Of a DNA stretch of 35,701 nt, positions 1 through 10,464 are shown piece after piece; within the stretch, counting starts at the first letter, position 1, and each line of letters opens with the position of its first letter. The notes under the pieces are model-generated. The model made no database searches, was not told where the DNA came from, and worked only from the letters and a program-made list of their open reading frames with translations. The position numbers were made by a program, and so were the translations under genes. This stretch comes from Thraustochytrium aureum (taxonomy: Eukaryota), in contig BLSG01000088.1 in the NCBI GenBank assembly GCA_012862495.1, positions 79,658 to 115,358 on the forward strand. Reading direction: 5' to 3'.

Positions 1-1
1 C

Positions 2-3000
2 GCCGGGTTTGGCAAGTCGGTGATAATGGCCAAGGTCTGCCACGAGGGCGGCCTGCTCGCGAAGAACGCGTCCAGCCAAGCCAACATGAGCGCATCGTCT
101 CTCTTCCGCTTTAACCCGAATTGTTGGATCGTCAACGAAAACCAGTCGCTGCTGGTCGGCGCGGCGCACTTTTTTAAGTTTGACGACGCGGCCGCCGCCA
201 GCGTGCGCACCTGCCTCTTCTCAGTCGCCAACCAGCTCGCCCACTTCGTTCCGGGACTGACCGAGGAGCTCAAAGCTCTCAACCGCGCAGAGCTGGACAA
301 AGTCGCCAGCATCAGCGATCTTTTTCAGATGATCATCGCCGGGCCCTGCAGTGCGGTTGCCGCGCCGAGGCAGAGCGTCGTGGTGGTCTTGGACGCGCTC
401 GACGAGGTCGCCCCGGCGGACAAGAACGCGTTAGGTAGCATCATCAGAGTCGAGTGGAACAAGCATGCGCCAACCTGGCTCGGCCTGCTTGTCTCGTCGC
501 GGCCGGACGACCAGATCCGGCGCGGCCTTGGCCAGTTCGAGCCCCGCGTGCTTGAGTTGAGCGACGAGGAGAACGCAAAGGACGTCAAGCAGTTCCTCCG
601 CGCCAAGCTCGAGCGCTACCTCAAGGACCCTGAGCTCGAGCTAGCGCCAGCGGTGGAGCTCGTCGCGGGCCGCGCCAATGGCCTCTTCCTGTACGCGCGG
701 TTCATCGGCGAGCAGCTTGCAGAGTGCGATTTGCGATCACTAACGCTCAAGCAGCTGCAAGGGGACGGCGACGCTTTCCCGAACGGCCTGGAAGACATTT
801 ACCGCAAAAACCTCATGCGGTTCCTTGAGGGCCCGCTCGAGGGCTCGTACGGCAAGTACCAAGCCTTGTTCGGCGGCATGGCCGTCGCCCGCGAGCCTCT
901 GCCATTCGAGGTTGTCGGCCAGCTCGTCGGCGCGGACGAAAAGGAGCTGAGAGTCTTCCTCCACAAAGCGAGCGCTTTGCTCGACGTGCGGGGTGACTCG
1001 GTCGCCTTTATCCACAAGTCAATGCGCGATTTTCTGCTGGACAAGGAGCGTGCAGGGAGAATAATCGCACATGGCAAGGCGCACCACGATGCGCTCTTTG
1101 CCGTCGACGTCAAGCAAGGCCACGCGAGCCTCGCGACTGCGCTACAAGCAGCGACAACCCTGTCGCCGTTCGCCGTTCGGCACCTCGTGCTTCACCTCGT
1201 CCAGGGCGAGCAGTGGGAGGCCGCTTCGAGCGCGTTGCTCGATTTTGCCTGGCTCCTCCAGGTCGCGCAGAGCGGCTCGGTCGCGCAGCTTGTGCAAGAT
1301 GTAAACCAGGCCGCGGGCCTCCACACGCATGCCACGCTCTCTGTGCGCGCCATCGAAAAGGGCTTGCAGGCCATCAGCCGTGACTGGCGCGAGCTGCCGA
1401 GCCAGCTCGTCAGCCGCCTCCCGGAAGACCACCCACTCGTCGCTCAGGCGCTCGCCTTTCGCCAACCAGACTTTGGCTGGCTGCGCCCCGTGCGCGCGGC
1501 CCTCACGCCCGCAAGCGACCCGTTGCGCAAGGTGTTTCAAGGACATACCATGGAGGCAACCTGCGTCGCCGTCACCGGCGACGGGCTGCGCATCGTATCT
1601 TGCAGCATGGACAAGTCTGTGCGCGTTTGGGACGCCCACACGGGCCAAGAGCTGCGCCGCCTGGATGGACACGTCGAAGAAGTGGCCGCGGTTGCCGTTT
1701 CCCGCGATGGCCAGCTCATCGTATCTGGCGGCTGGGACTCGACCGTAAGAGTCTGGGACGCCAACACGGGCGAGCAAGTGCATCGACTCGACGGACACAC
1801 TAAAAATGTGGACGCTGTGGCCCTCTCGAGCGACGGGCGGTCCATCGTGTCTGGCAGCGCGGACGGAACTGTGCGGCTCTGGGACGTTGAGAGTGGCCAA
1901 GAGCTCCACCGTTTCGAGGGGCACACCGCACCCGTTCAAACTGTGGCCCTTTCGCACGACGGGCAACGAATTGTGTCCGGCAGCTGGGACGGGACAGTGC
2001 GCATATGGGAGACCAGCACCGGCCGCGAGCTGCGCTGCCTCCAAGGTCATGACTCCATCGTCTGCGCTCTAGCCCTCTCGCGCGACGGTCTGCGGATTGT
2101 GACTGGCAGCGCAGACCAGACCGTGCGAGTTTGGGGTGCCAACACGGGCCAAGAGCTACGCCGGCTTGAAGGGCACTCGTCGACTGTTTCCGCCGTGGCC
2201 CTTTCGCGCGACGGCTCCCAAATTGTGTCGAGCAGCTTTGACATGTCCTTGCGATTCTGGAACGCGAACACTGGCCAGGAGATACGCCGTTTCGATGGGG
2301 GCTCCACATTCGCCACTGCCCTTGTCTTTTCCTGCGACGAACGGCAAGTCGTCTCCAGCAGCAGCGACGGGACTATCCGGGTCTGGGACGTCAACGCCGA
2401 CCAGGAAACACGTCGCCGCGAAGGCCACTCGGACGTGGTGCGCTCATTGGTGCTCTCGCACGACGGCCAGCGGATCGTGTCCGGCAGCTACGACGGCACT
2501 GTGCGCGTTTGGGACGTCAAGACGGCCCTGGAGCTTCTCTGCCTGGTAGGGCACACCTCGGCGGTCGCCGAAGTAGCTGTTTCGCAGGACGACCAGCGAA
2601 TCGTGTCGGGCAGCGTCGATACGACCGTCCGCGTCTGGGATGCCAACACTGGCGAGGAGCTGCACCGACTCAAAGGTCACTATTCGTTTGTGAGCGCTGT
2701 AGACATTTCAAGCGACGGCCAGCGCATCTTGTCCGGAAGTGGCGACAATACCGTTCGTGTCTGGGACGCCAGCTCGGGTCAGGAGCTGCAACGCCTCGTG
2801 GGGCACGACGATGACATCTGCGACGTGGCCTTTTTGCACGATGGTGAGCGAATCGTGTCCGGGAGCCTCGATTCGACTGTGCGGGTCTGGTGTGCGTACA
2901 CGGGAGACGAGCTCGAGTGCTTTACAGGGCATGAATATGCTGTTTTATTCATCGCTATTTCGCGCGACGGACGGCGCATCATTTCTGGCAGCGACGACTC

Positions 3001-3422
3001 AGTCGTGCTCGTCTGGAACGCCAGGACCGGCCAGGGGCTGCGTCGCCTCGCAGGGCTCACCGACTCGGTTGCTCTCGTGGCCTTTTCGGCCGACGGGCTG
3101 CACGCCCTCGCGCAAGACGTGCATGGTCGCACGCTGGCTTGGTCGGTGGCCACTGGCCAAAAGGTGAGGGATGAAAACGTCACAGCCGCCCTGGCCCAAC
3201 GCGAGCTGAAGCTGCCGTGGCTAGCAAACAGCTCCAGCACGGTTTCGGTCGTCGGCGAGGACGGCCCGCCTGTCTGCGGGTTTCACATGCGACTCCACAA
3301 TCAACGCCAGTGTGGTTGCGCCGGATGGTTCGTTCGTTTTCCTGTTCGACGGCTCGAACCAGCTGTGCAAGCTAGAGTTAGTGCGGCGTCAAGAGCCGCT
3401 CGATGGCGACTGCCAGTGGTAA
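2..3422 (+). CDS. NACHT/STAND NTPase + helical domain + WD40-repeat protein (NLR-like, HET-E/NWD type); 5'-truncated; probable frameshift at ~3266
   Basis: The frame is open from base 2 with the Walker A remnant AGFGKS (2-19). Walker B is VVVVLDALDE, followed by LLVSSRP, GLFLYARF and FIHKSMRDFL. Then 13 regular 42-aa WD40 repeats (GH...IVSGS.D.TVRVWD). After ~3266 the +1 frame reads AGFTCDSTINASVVAPDGSFVFLFDGSNQLCKLELV...W* (TAA 3420-3422), a plausible last blade; the unshifted frame stops at 3472. Confidence 0.9.
1535..3172 (+). repeat. Tandem array of 13 x 126-bp WD40 coding units
   Basis: GH/WD motifs recur every 42 codons, with DNA-level similarity between units (e.g. gtctgggacgccaacacgggc-like segments). 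Confidence 0.9.
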
Positions 3423-4073
3423 GCATCTGCAGGGACCGGGCAAACCTTCGGCTGATTTCTTTTCATCCATGACGGTGGAAAGGGGCGCATCTCCTGGAGA
3501 ACAGCAGTCAGGACTCAGGACGATTGCATCCAGGGAAACAATTCTTCGACGAGTGAGATTGCGCCGCATGCCGCGAGGAGGGTCCCCAAAGGTGCTGGAG
3601 CCGCACGCGAATGTGCTCCGCCTGCACAATCGCGACATAGCCAACTGGTCGACCAATGGAGCGCGAAGTCTACCTACTCGCACTGGAAAAAAAGAAGAAA
3701 AAGCGCGAAGGAAAAAGGCAAGCGGAGCGTTGCGGCGATCAACTTGGCTCGACTGCAAAGCGCGCGCGCAAATCGGCGCGTATTGGGCCATAGATAGGAA
3801 TCATCGCAAGCAATATCGCAAGAATCGCAAATCCAGGCCAACTGATATTTTCTCAAACATCTCGTGCGGCGGCCAGTCTGCGGCGGTGGAACGCAAGGTC
3901 GACTCGCACTGTCTCCCTAGGCTAGCGATGGTGGCACTGGCACTGCATTGAAGAACATGCATGCTGACATGGTTGGCTGTTTTGTTCCTATGGACATCGA
4001 AAATTGTAGTTTGGTGAACCCTCCCTAGCTCGGAGCTTCAGAGCCCTCCCGCAGACTGCAAAGCGAAGAAAAC

Positions 4074-4670
4074 CTAGGCCAGCAGCGGCTCCGGAAGGCC
4101 AAAGGCGAGCGCCATCCCCCCCGCAAACATGCCCACGACAGTGGCAATCGACGCGGCACTTAGCGTGGCCATCCCGCTCAGGCCATGTCCAGAGGTGCAG
4201 CCGCCGCCGAGGCGCGAGCCGATCAAGAGCATGATGCCGCCGATAAATGCCCGGGCGTGCGAGCCGCAGCCTGCCTGCGCCTGCGGCGTGAGGGCCGGGT
4301 AGTCGGCCAGGTACTGCGAGGCTGCCGCTCCGGCAGCGATCCCCGCCGCCACGAGAAGCTGAAAGGCGGCCTTGCGGTCACTCTGCGCGCTCTTGAGTGC
4401 TGGCGCGTGCTCCTTGAGGTTGCCATCAAAGATCTCGGCAAGGAAGCCCGCAATCATAACCCAGCCCGAAGACTGCCCGAGCGCCTGCCCAGAGCTGAGC
4501 TGCACCGGGATCTGGAGCAGGCCAAGCAGCAAGCCTGCGACAGCGGGGTCCCAAACGACTGCCGTCGGGTCGAGCGGAAACGGATGCGCCTCCAGGTTGA
4601 GCGGCCCGCTCACAACAGCAGCGCTCTGCTCAGTCCAGGGGAAAAGGTGGTTGAAGCCTGCGATCGCGCC
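4074..4670 (-). CDS. YeeE/YedE-family sulfur (thiosulfate) transporter, C-terminal half; N-terminus lies in the gap
   Basis: Hydrophobic protein with AFIGGIMLLIGSRLGGGCTSGHGLSG, WDPAVAGLLLGLLQIP and LGQSSGW motifs. The frame is open from the gap edge (GAIAGFNHLFPW...) to TAG at 4074. Confidence 0.85.
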   Translation of the reverse strand, partial: GAIAGFNHLFPWTEQSAAVVSGPLNLEAHPFPLDPTAVVWDPAVAGLLLGLLQIPVQLSSGQALGQSSGWVMIAGFLAEIFDGNLKEHAPALKSAQSDRKAAFQLLVAAGIAAGAAASQYLADYPALTPQAQAGCGSHARAFIGGIMLLIGSRLGGGCTSGHGLSGMATLSAASIATVVGMFAGGMALAFGLPEPLLA

Positions 4671-5618
4671 NNNNNNNNNNNNNNNNNNNNNNNNNNNNNN
4701 NNNNNNNNNNNNNNNNNNNNNNNNNNNNNNNNNNNNNNNNNNNNNNNNNNNNNNNNNNNNNNNNNNNNNNNNNNNNNNNNNNNNNNNNNNNNNNNNNNNN
4801 NNNNNNNNNNNNNNNNNNNNNNNNNNNNNNNNNNNNNNNNNNNNNNNNNNNNNNNNNNNNNNNNNNNNNNNNNNNNNNNNNNNNNNNNNNNNNNNNNNNN
4901 NNNNNNNNNNNNNNNNNNNNNNNNNNNNNNNNNNNNNNNNNNNNNNNNNNNNNNNNNNNNNNNNNNNNNNNNNNNNNNNNNNNNNNNNNNNNNNNNNNNN
5001 NNNNNNNNNNNNNNNNNNNNNNNNNNNNNNNNNNNNNNNNNNNNNNNNNNNNNNNNNNNNNNNNNNNNNNNNNNNNNNNNNNNNNNNNNNNNNNNNNNNN
5101 NNNNNNNNNNNNNNNNNNNNNNNNNNNNNNNNNNNNNNNNNNNNNNNNNNNNNNNNNNNNNNNNNNNNNNNNNNNNNNNNNNNNNNNNNNNNNNNNNNNN
5201 NNNNNNNNNNNNNNNNNNNNNNNNNNNNNNNNNNNNNNNNNNNNNNNNNNNNNNNNNNNNNNNNNNNNNNNNNNNNNNNNNNNNNNNNNNNNNNNNNNNN
5301 NNNNNNNNNNNNNNNNNNNNNNNNNNNNNNNNNNNNNNNNNNNNNNNNNNNNNNNNNNNNNNNNNNNNNNNNNNNNNNNNNNNNNNNNNNNNNNNNNNNN
5401 NNNNNNNNNNNNNNNNNNNNNNNNNNNNNNNNNNNNNNNNNNNNNNNNNNNNNNNNNNNNNNNNNNNNNNNNNNNNNNNNNNNNNNNNNNNNNNNNNNNN
5501 NNNNNNNNNNNNNNNNNNNNNNNNNNNNNNNNNNNNNNNNNNNNNNNNNNNNNNNNNNNNNNNNNNNNNNNNNNNNNNNNNNNNNNNNNNNNNNNNNNNN
5601 NNNNNNNNNNNNNNNNNN
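4671..5618. other. Assembly gap (others at 8715-8881, 11104-11327, 26550-26733, 28010-28750, 29576-29813)
   Basis: Runs of N. Confidence 1.
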
Positions 5619-8441
5619 ACAAACTTGCTCGGAAACATTGCCGCAAGCCCGCCCATCGAGTCTGCGATGCTCACGTTGTCTGGAAGCGGGCCAGTGTCGC
5701 CGTCCTCCTCATTCAAATAGGTGTCAACTTGAACACTGCCCTCCACAATTGCCGGGGCCAATCTGAGGCTGGCCGCTTCCCAGAGCTGCAACTTGGTCTG
5801 CGATGGCTTTGACCCCCTGCGCTGGCGAAAGGAGCCGCGTTGCGTGGAAGGCGCCGAGGCAGAAGAGTCTTCGTCGCCGTCGATCTGCTGCTTGGGCGAT
5901 CTTGGAGCCCGAGTCGAGATGCGCGAGGGCAGTTCAGCGGTTCTCGCAGGCGAGCCTCAGCATCGGCTCGTGGAACGCGGCGCTCGGCCGCCAAGCAACG
6001 AGCTCAACTCGAAGCGGGTACCTGCTTGCTGTGTGAGCGGCGAAGGCAGCAAATCGCTTCAGCAAATTCGCCGCGGCCAAGCTCATGGGCCCCGGTGCCC
6101 CGCGGCAGTCCCATAGCAGCCGCACCGAGAAGAGTTGGCCTGTCCTTGACTCGAACGAGTCGGCTACGAGCAAGCATACTTCGAGAAACCCGATGACAAT
6201 TTCCTCGAGATCGGCATCTGTAAGGGCGCCGGCAATTTCGTCAAAGCGCGTCGCACCGCAGAGGCTGCAATAGTGAAAGATCGTCCGCTGATCCTCTGAG
6301 ACAACCAGATCCGAAAAGTCTGGCAAGATCCCACGAAGAGCGCTGAGGCCAGGCAGTGCTTCGATCAGGGTGGCGTCCCTCGCCAATGCGGCGTTTCGGA
6401 TCTCCGCCGCTCCGCTGGCAACGCGCCAATCGATCCAGTCCTGCATCGCTCTCGCCGCTTGGAGCTGATTTTGCTCGTGCCTGCGAAGGGAAAACAGGAG
6501 CTGCCGGTCGGTACCGATCGCTCGGTCTCTGTAAGGCTCCTTCGACTTGACCAGCTTGCGCATTTCGACGACTGCATTGATCTCTGCCTCGGTGACCAGG
6601 CCGTGGCGCAGGTGGTCAAGCGCACTTTCTTCACGTTTCGTTTGCTTCTGCAGCGCTGCCTCCCGCTCTGCAATCCGCTGCCTGAGCGAGAGGAGGTCGC
6701 GAACAAAGCTCAACTTGTAGGCCAAGCTGAAAATGACGACGAGGCCCTGTACCAGCGCCAAGCTGATCGTCGATGTCACGCATCGCGCGAAAACCTCGTC
6801 AACAAGGCAGAGCCCAAACTCTTTGGTGAAGATAACATCCGTGAACGCGATCCGGTACGCTGTGAACGCCAAGATCACAAGGTCCTCGACGAAGGCAGAA
6901 ACCAAAATGAGGCGCGCCTTTCCACGTTTGCGCTGAAGGGTGAGCATGTCGTACTCGAGCATGCCGTGTCCGCATGACGATTTCTTCAGTTTACCCTTGT
7001 GCCTGCCGGTGGCGCTCGCTGGCGTGATCTTGGGATTTGCGAGGAGCGATTTCCGATGCTGGCGCGCGCTGATCTTGTTCACGCGGATGCCTTCAGTGAG
7101 CTCGCGCCGGAGCGCCCACATTACTTTGGCGTGCTGGGCGCTCGTGTAAACGCCAAACATGAATACCAAAATCGTGCTCGCGCTATAGAGCTTGCCATAG
7201 ATGTCTACGTCCTCTGCCCCTCCTGAGGCGGCGTTGACCCCGCTGGTGTAGGCGACCCAGTTGAGGAGATCTATCGCCTGGTCCACGATCTCTTGGAGAA
7301 GGAGCAGCGCAGTGCGATAGCTTTCCCGGCGGGCCTTGCGCTTGTCAAGGCTCGTGAGCTCCAGCAGCTCCGAGTCTGCTGCCCGACGACGGATGCTGTT
7401 TTGTCGACCCCAGGACACTTGCAGCGAATTCTTTCGCATGTCGGGCTGGATCCAAAAGGCAAGGTGCAGCACGACGCTCCCCGCAGCCCAGGCGATTGGA
7501 AGCTGATAAGAGCACTTGAGCATGGCGAACGGCCAGGCCGTTACGGCAATCGCAGCGACGGCATTCACAAAGGTCTGCCTGGTTGACTCCAGCCGCAGTC
7601 GCGTTGCATTTCGCTCAAAGTTCATGAGCTTCTCCAGCTCTTCCGTACTCTGCGCATCGCCGGACATCGCGTGGCTCGTCGAGTTTTCCAACATCCTCTG
7701 CAGTGCAGGTATTTGCACCTGAAGGATGCGCAGCACTTCGCCAGCGGCGCGCGAAATGCACAGTGTTCCCACGCACATTGTTGAAATAAGCACCAAGTAG
7801 TGTAGGCGTAGGTAAACGACGAAGTTTTCAGGGTTCACCAGCGTCATCATTGGTATCGCGCACGAAAAGAAAAACAGCACCAGGGTCGCGACGAAGAAGA
7901 TTGTGATCCTGTCCGCCATCGACTGTTGTGAGATCTTGCTTGCCCCTGAGCTACTTCGAAAGTTGAAAGACATGAGGATGTTTTCGGCCCAAATCCAGGC
8001 GGTAAACATCATTCCCGTCCAGAACTGGATCATTGCGACGCAAAAGACCACTGTCATCAGCCTGTCCCGACCAACGACTGCGTGCATCGGGTCCCGGACT
8101 TTCATCGTGCCGCTCAGGGCAAACAGCGCGGAGGAGCTGGAAAGCCAGGCAGAGTGGAAAATCGAGTACACAGACGCCTCGCCGCGCAGCCAGTTGCGCG
8201 TTTTGTTGAACGCTTTGGCGAGTCCGTGGACGAACGTGCTGGTGTGCAGCACGGCGACCAGACCCCAGAGAATCTTGATGGCCATCTCGTGGTTTCCGCA
8301 ATCGATTCCCACGTACGGGACGAAATCGGCCACGGGCAGCCACCCAGGGTCGCATATGCATGTCCTGTTGACGCAGACTCCATGTCCCGAACACTCGCTC
8401 TTGTCGGGCCAGTTTATCGGGCATTCCAGCGCAGTCTGCAT
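5619..8441 (-). CDS. EGF-like domain + ~11 TM segments (7+4) + C-terminal CRAL-TRIO/Sec14-like region; probable frameshift at ~5945 with the tail running into the gap
   Basis: Long ORF 5934-8561; likely ATG at 8441 (gccATG). EGF pattern CSGHGVCVNRTCICDPGW...C at 8298-8423 followed by hydrophobic helices. DRQLLFSLRR...AARAMQDWIDWR and LLWDCRG...RYPLRV resemble Sec14 motifs. A +1 frame stays open from ~5955 to the gap at 5619. Confidence 0.7.
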
Positions 8442-9043
8442 GGCTGATCCGAGGGCCCTGGGCCCAGGCGCCGTCGCGGCGAGGCGCGGCAAGCCTGCAC
8501 GCGTTCGCAGCTCAATGGCTCTGCGAGGGGAAGAGCAAGAGTGCAGGCACCCCTGCTGCATTTGGGCAGCTCCCTAGCTAGTTAGAGCAGAGGAACGGAC
8601 TTGCGGCTTAGCATCGGCCAATCCTCGCCCCAGCTGCTTGCTGCAGATGTGCCTCGGCTTGGCCGAGCTCGTGGTGTTGCCTACTACAGAGGGCAGACAA
8701 TCCAACGGATACATNNNNNNNNNNNNNNNNNNNNNNNNNNNNNNNNNNNNNNNNNNNNNNNNNNNNNNNNNNNNNNNNNNNNNNNNNNNNNNNNNNNNNN
8801 NNNNNNNNNNNNNNNNNNNNNNNNNNNNNNNNNNNNNNNNNNNNNNNNNNNNNNNNNNNNNNNNNNNNNNNNNNNNNNNNNCTCCAGAACGAGCGGGGCC
8901 CACAGGAGGGGAGCTTGGTTCTCTGCCGAGGTCGAGCTCGGCTGGCCACTTCTCCGATTTGTGCGCTCCTGGCCATGCAGCCGCTGACCACATAAAGGGA
9001 GGTGCTTTTGCAAGGTGTTGCAACGGAAGACTGTACTCTAGCT

Positions 9044-10464
9044 CTAGAAAACATTGATGAAAGCCGTTGACGCGGTCGACTTGCTCGGGTCCGGAAAGCC
9101 GTACTCGTCAAGCGCAAATGAACGAATGAACCGACGAAACGCAGGCGACTCCTCCGTGAGAACCTCGCTGTTCTGCGCGACTTTTTCGAGATAGTTCTCC
9201 AATCCGATGCGGCGGCGCTCGACGCCGCGTGCGCTAAGCCGGCGGCCGAGCATGGTGCGCTTGGGAAACGGCAGCAGCCGCATCTTGCTGTAGTTTGAGA
9301 TCTCGGCTTGCATCTCGTCGTGGACTTGGCGGAGTTCGCTATACCGATAGCGTCTGGCAAACCGCAAGTCCAAAACCACCTCAAAGTAAACTACGCCTGT
9401 GCTCTCCCGCGCAAAAGCGCTTGGCACGGCGATCGAGATGCCGCTATGCGCAAGCCCTGACGGAAGTGGCGAAGCTGGCGTGGGCGGGAGCGGAGCGCTG
9501 CGTGCTGAAGGCAGCATCTTGGCAACCGTCGGGAGCGCTTTGCACAGGAGTCGCGAATGAAGAATCCCAGTCTGGTCGGCGATCGGCAGGAGCGCAGGAG
9601 TGAGCGGCATGAGCCGGTCGAGCACGTCTATTGTCTTGTCCATGTTGGGTGCGAGATTGTCGATGTACTTGACCAGGATGGGGAGGAACGGGAGCAGCGC
9701 GTCCACGTGTTTGGCGAGCCGGTGCGAGTGGGGAGCGATCTTGTCGATGTGCGGAGCGAGCTGGTCCAAGTACGGCAGGGCGTACTCCCAGCCGCGCACG
9801 TCGAGAAAGACGATCATCGAGTCGATGTGCGGCTCCATCGCCTCGATATGAGGAAGGAGGACGTCGACGTGGACGATTAGCTTGTGAGCGTGCGGGGCGA
9901 TGAGGTGCATCTTTGGCGCCAAAAGGTCCAGGTGCGGAATGAGCTTGTCTTGTATCTCGAGGATCTCTGGCAAGAGCGGGAGGACGTACTGCTTTTCGGC
10001 CATGATCACGTCGAGCAGCGGCGCCATCGCCTCGATGTTCTCCAAGAGCTTGAAAATGTACGGCAGGACGTCCAGCGCGTACGGGAGGAGGTCGGGCAGG
10101 TGGGGGATGATGAACACGAGGCTCTCACGCACCGCGCCGGCCTTCTCCATGCCCTTGCCAATCGCGCGCAGTGGTGCCAGCCAGGCCACAAAGATGCCTA
10201 CGCACACGAACGCCGTGTCTCGCCACAAGAGGTGGCCAACTGGCACATCGTACGCATTCAGGGCCCACAACGACGCGGCGAAGAAGAGCGCAAACCAGAT
10301 CCACACCGGCACGCCCCCGCCCCGCACGGCCTGCAGCGCCACCTCGCGCCTTCTCCGCCGCCGTTTGCCTTCTTCAACTCCTTCTTCAACCTCTTCCTCC
10401 GCCCGCGCCCTTTTGCAGCGGCTTCGGACTTGACGCGCTTCCCGCCGCTGCCCATAGGCGCCAT
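9044..10464 (-). CDS. Membrane-anchored PX-domain protein with a Leu/Pro/His heptad-repeat region; probable frameshift at ~10410
   Basis: C-terminal PX motifs VVYFEV, RYRYSELRQVH, PFPKR, ERRRIGLENYL (9120-9397). Two N-terminal hydrophobic segments. The main ORF (9044-10342) starts at a GTG; the nearest upstream ATGs (10464, 10455; MAPMGSGGKRVK) are in a neighbouring frame. Confidence 0.8.

Noticed and set aside
1535..3172. Regularly spaced repeats as a possible CRISPR array
   Set aside because: They are degenerate in-frame 126-bp WD40 coding units, not identical repeats with unique spacers, and no cas genes are present.
4185..5791. ORFs spanning N runs (also at 8574-9384, 10969-11598, 27894-28875)
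   Set aside because: Their length is an artefact of translating through gaps.
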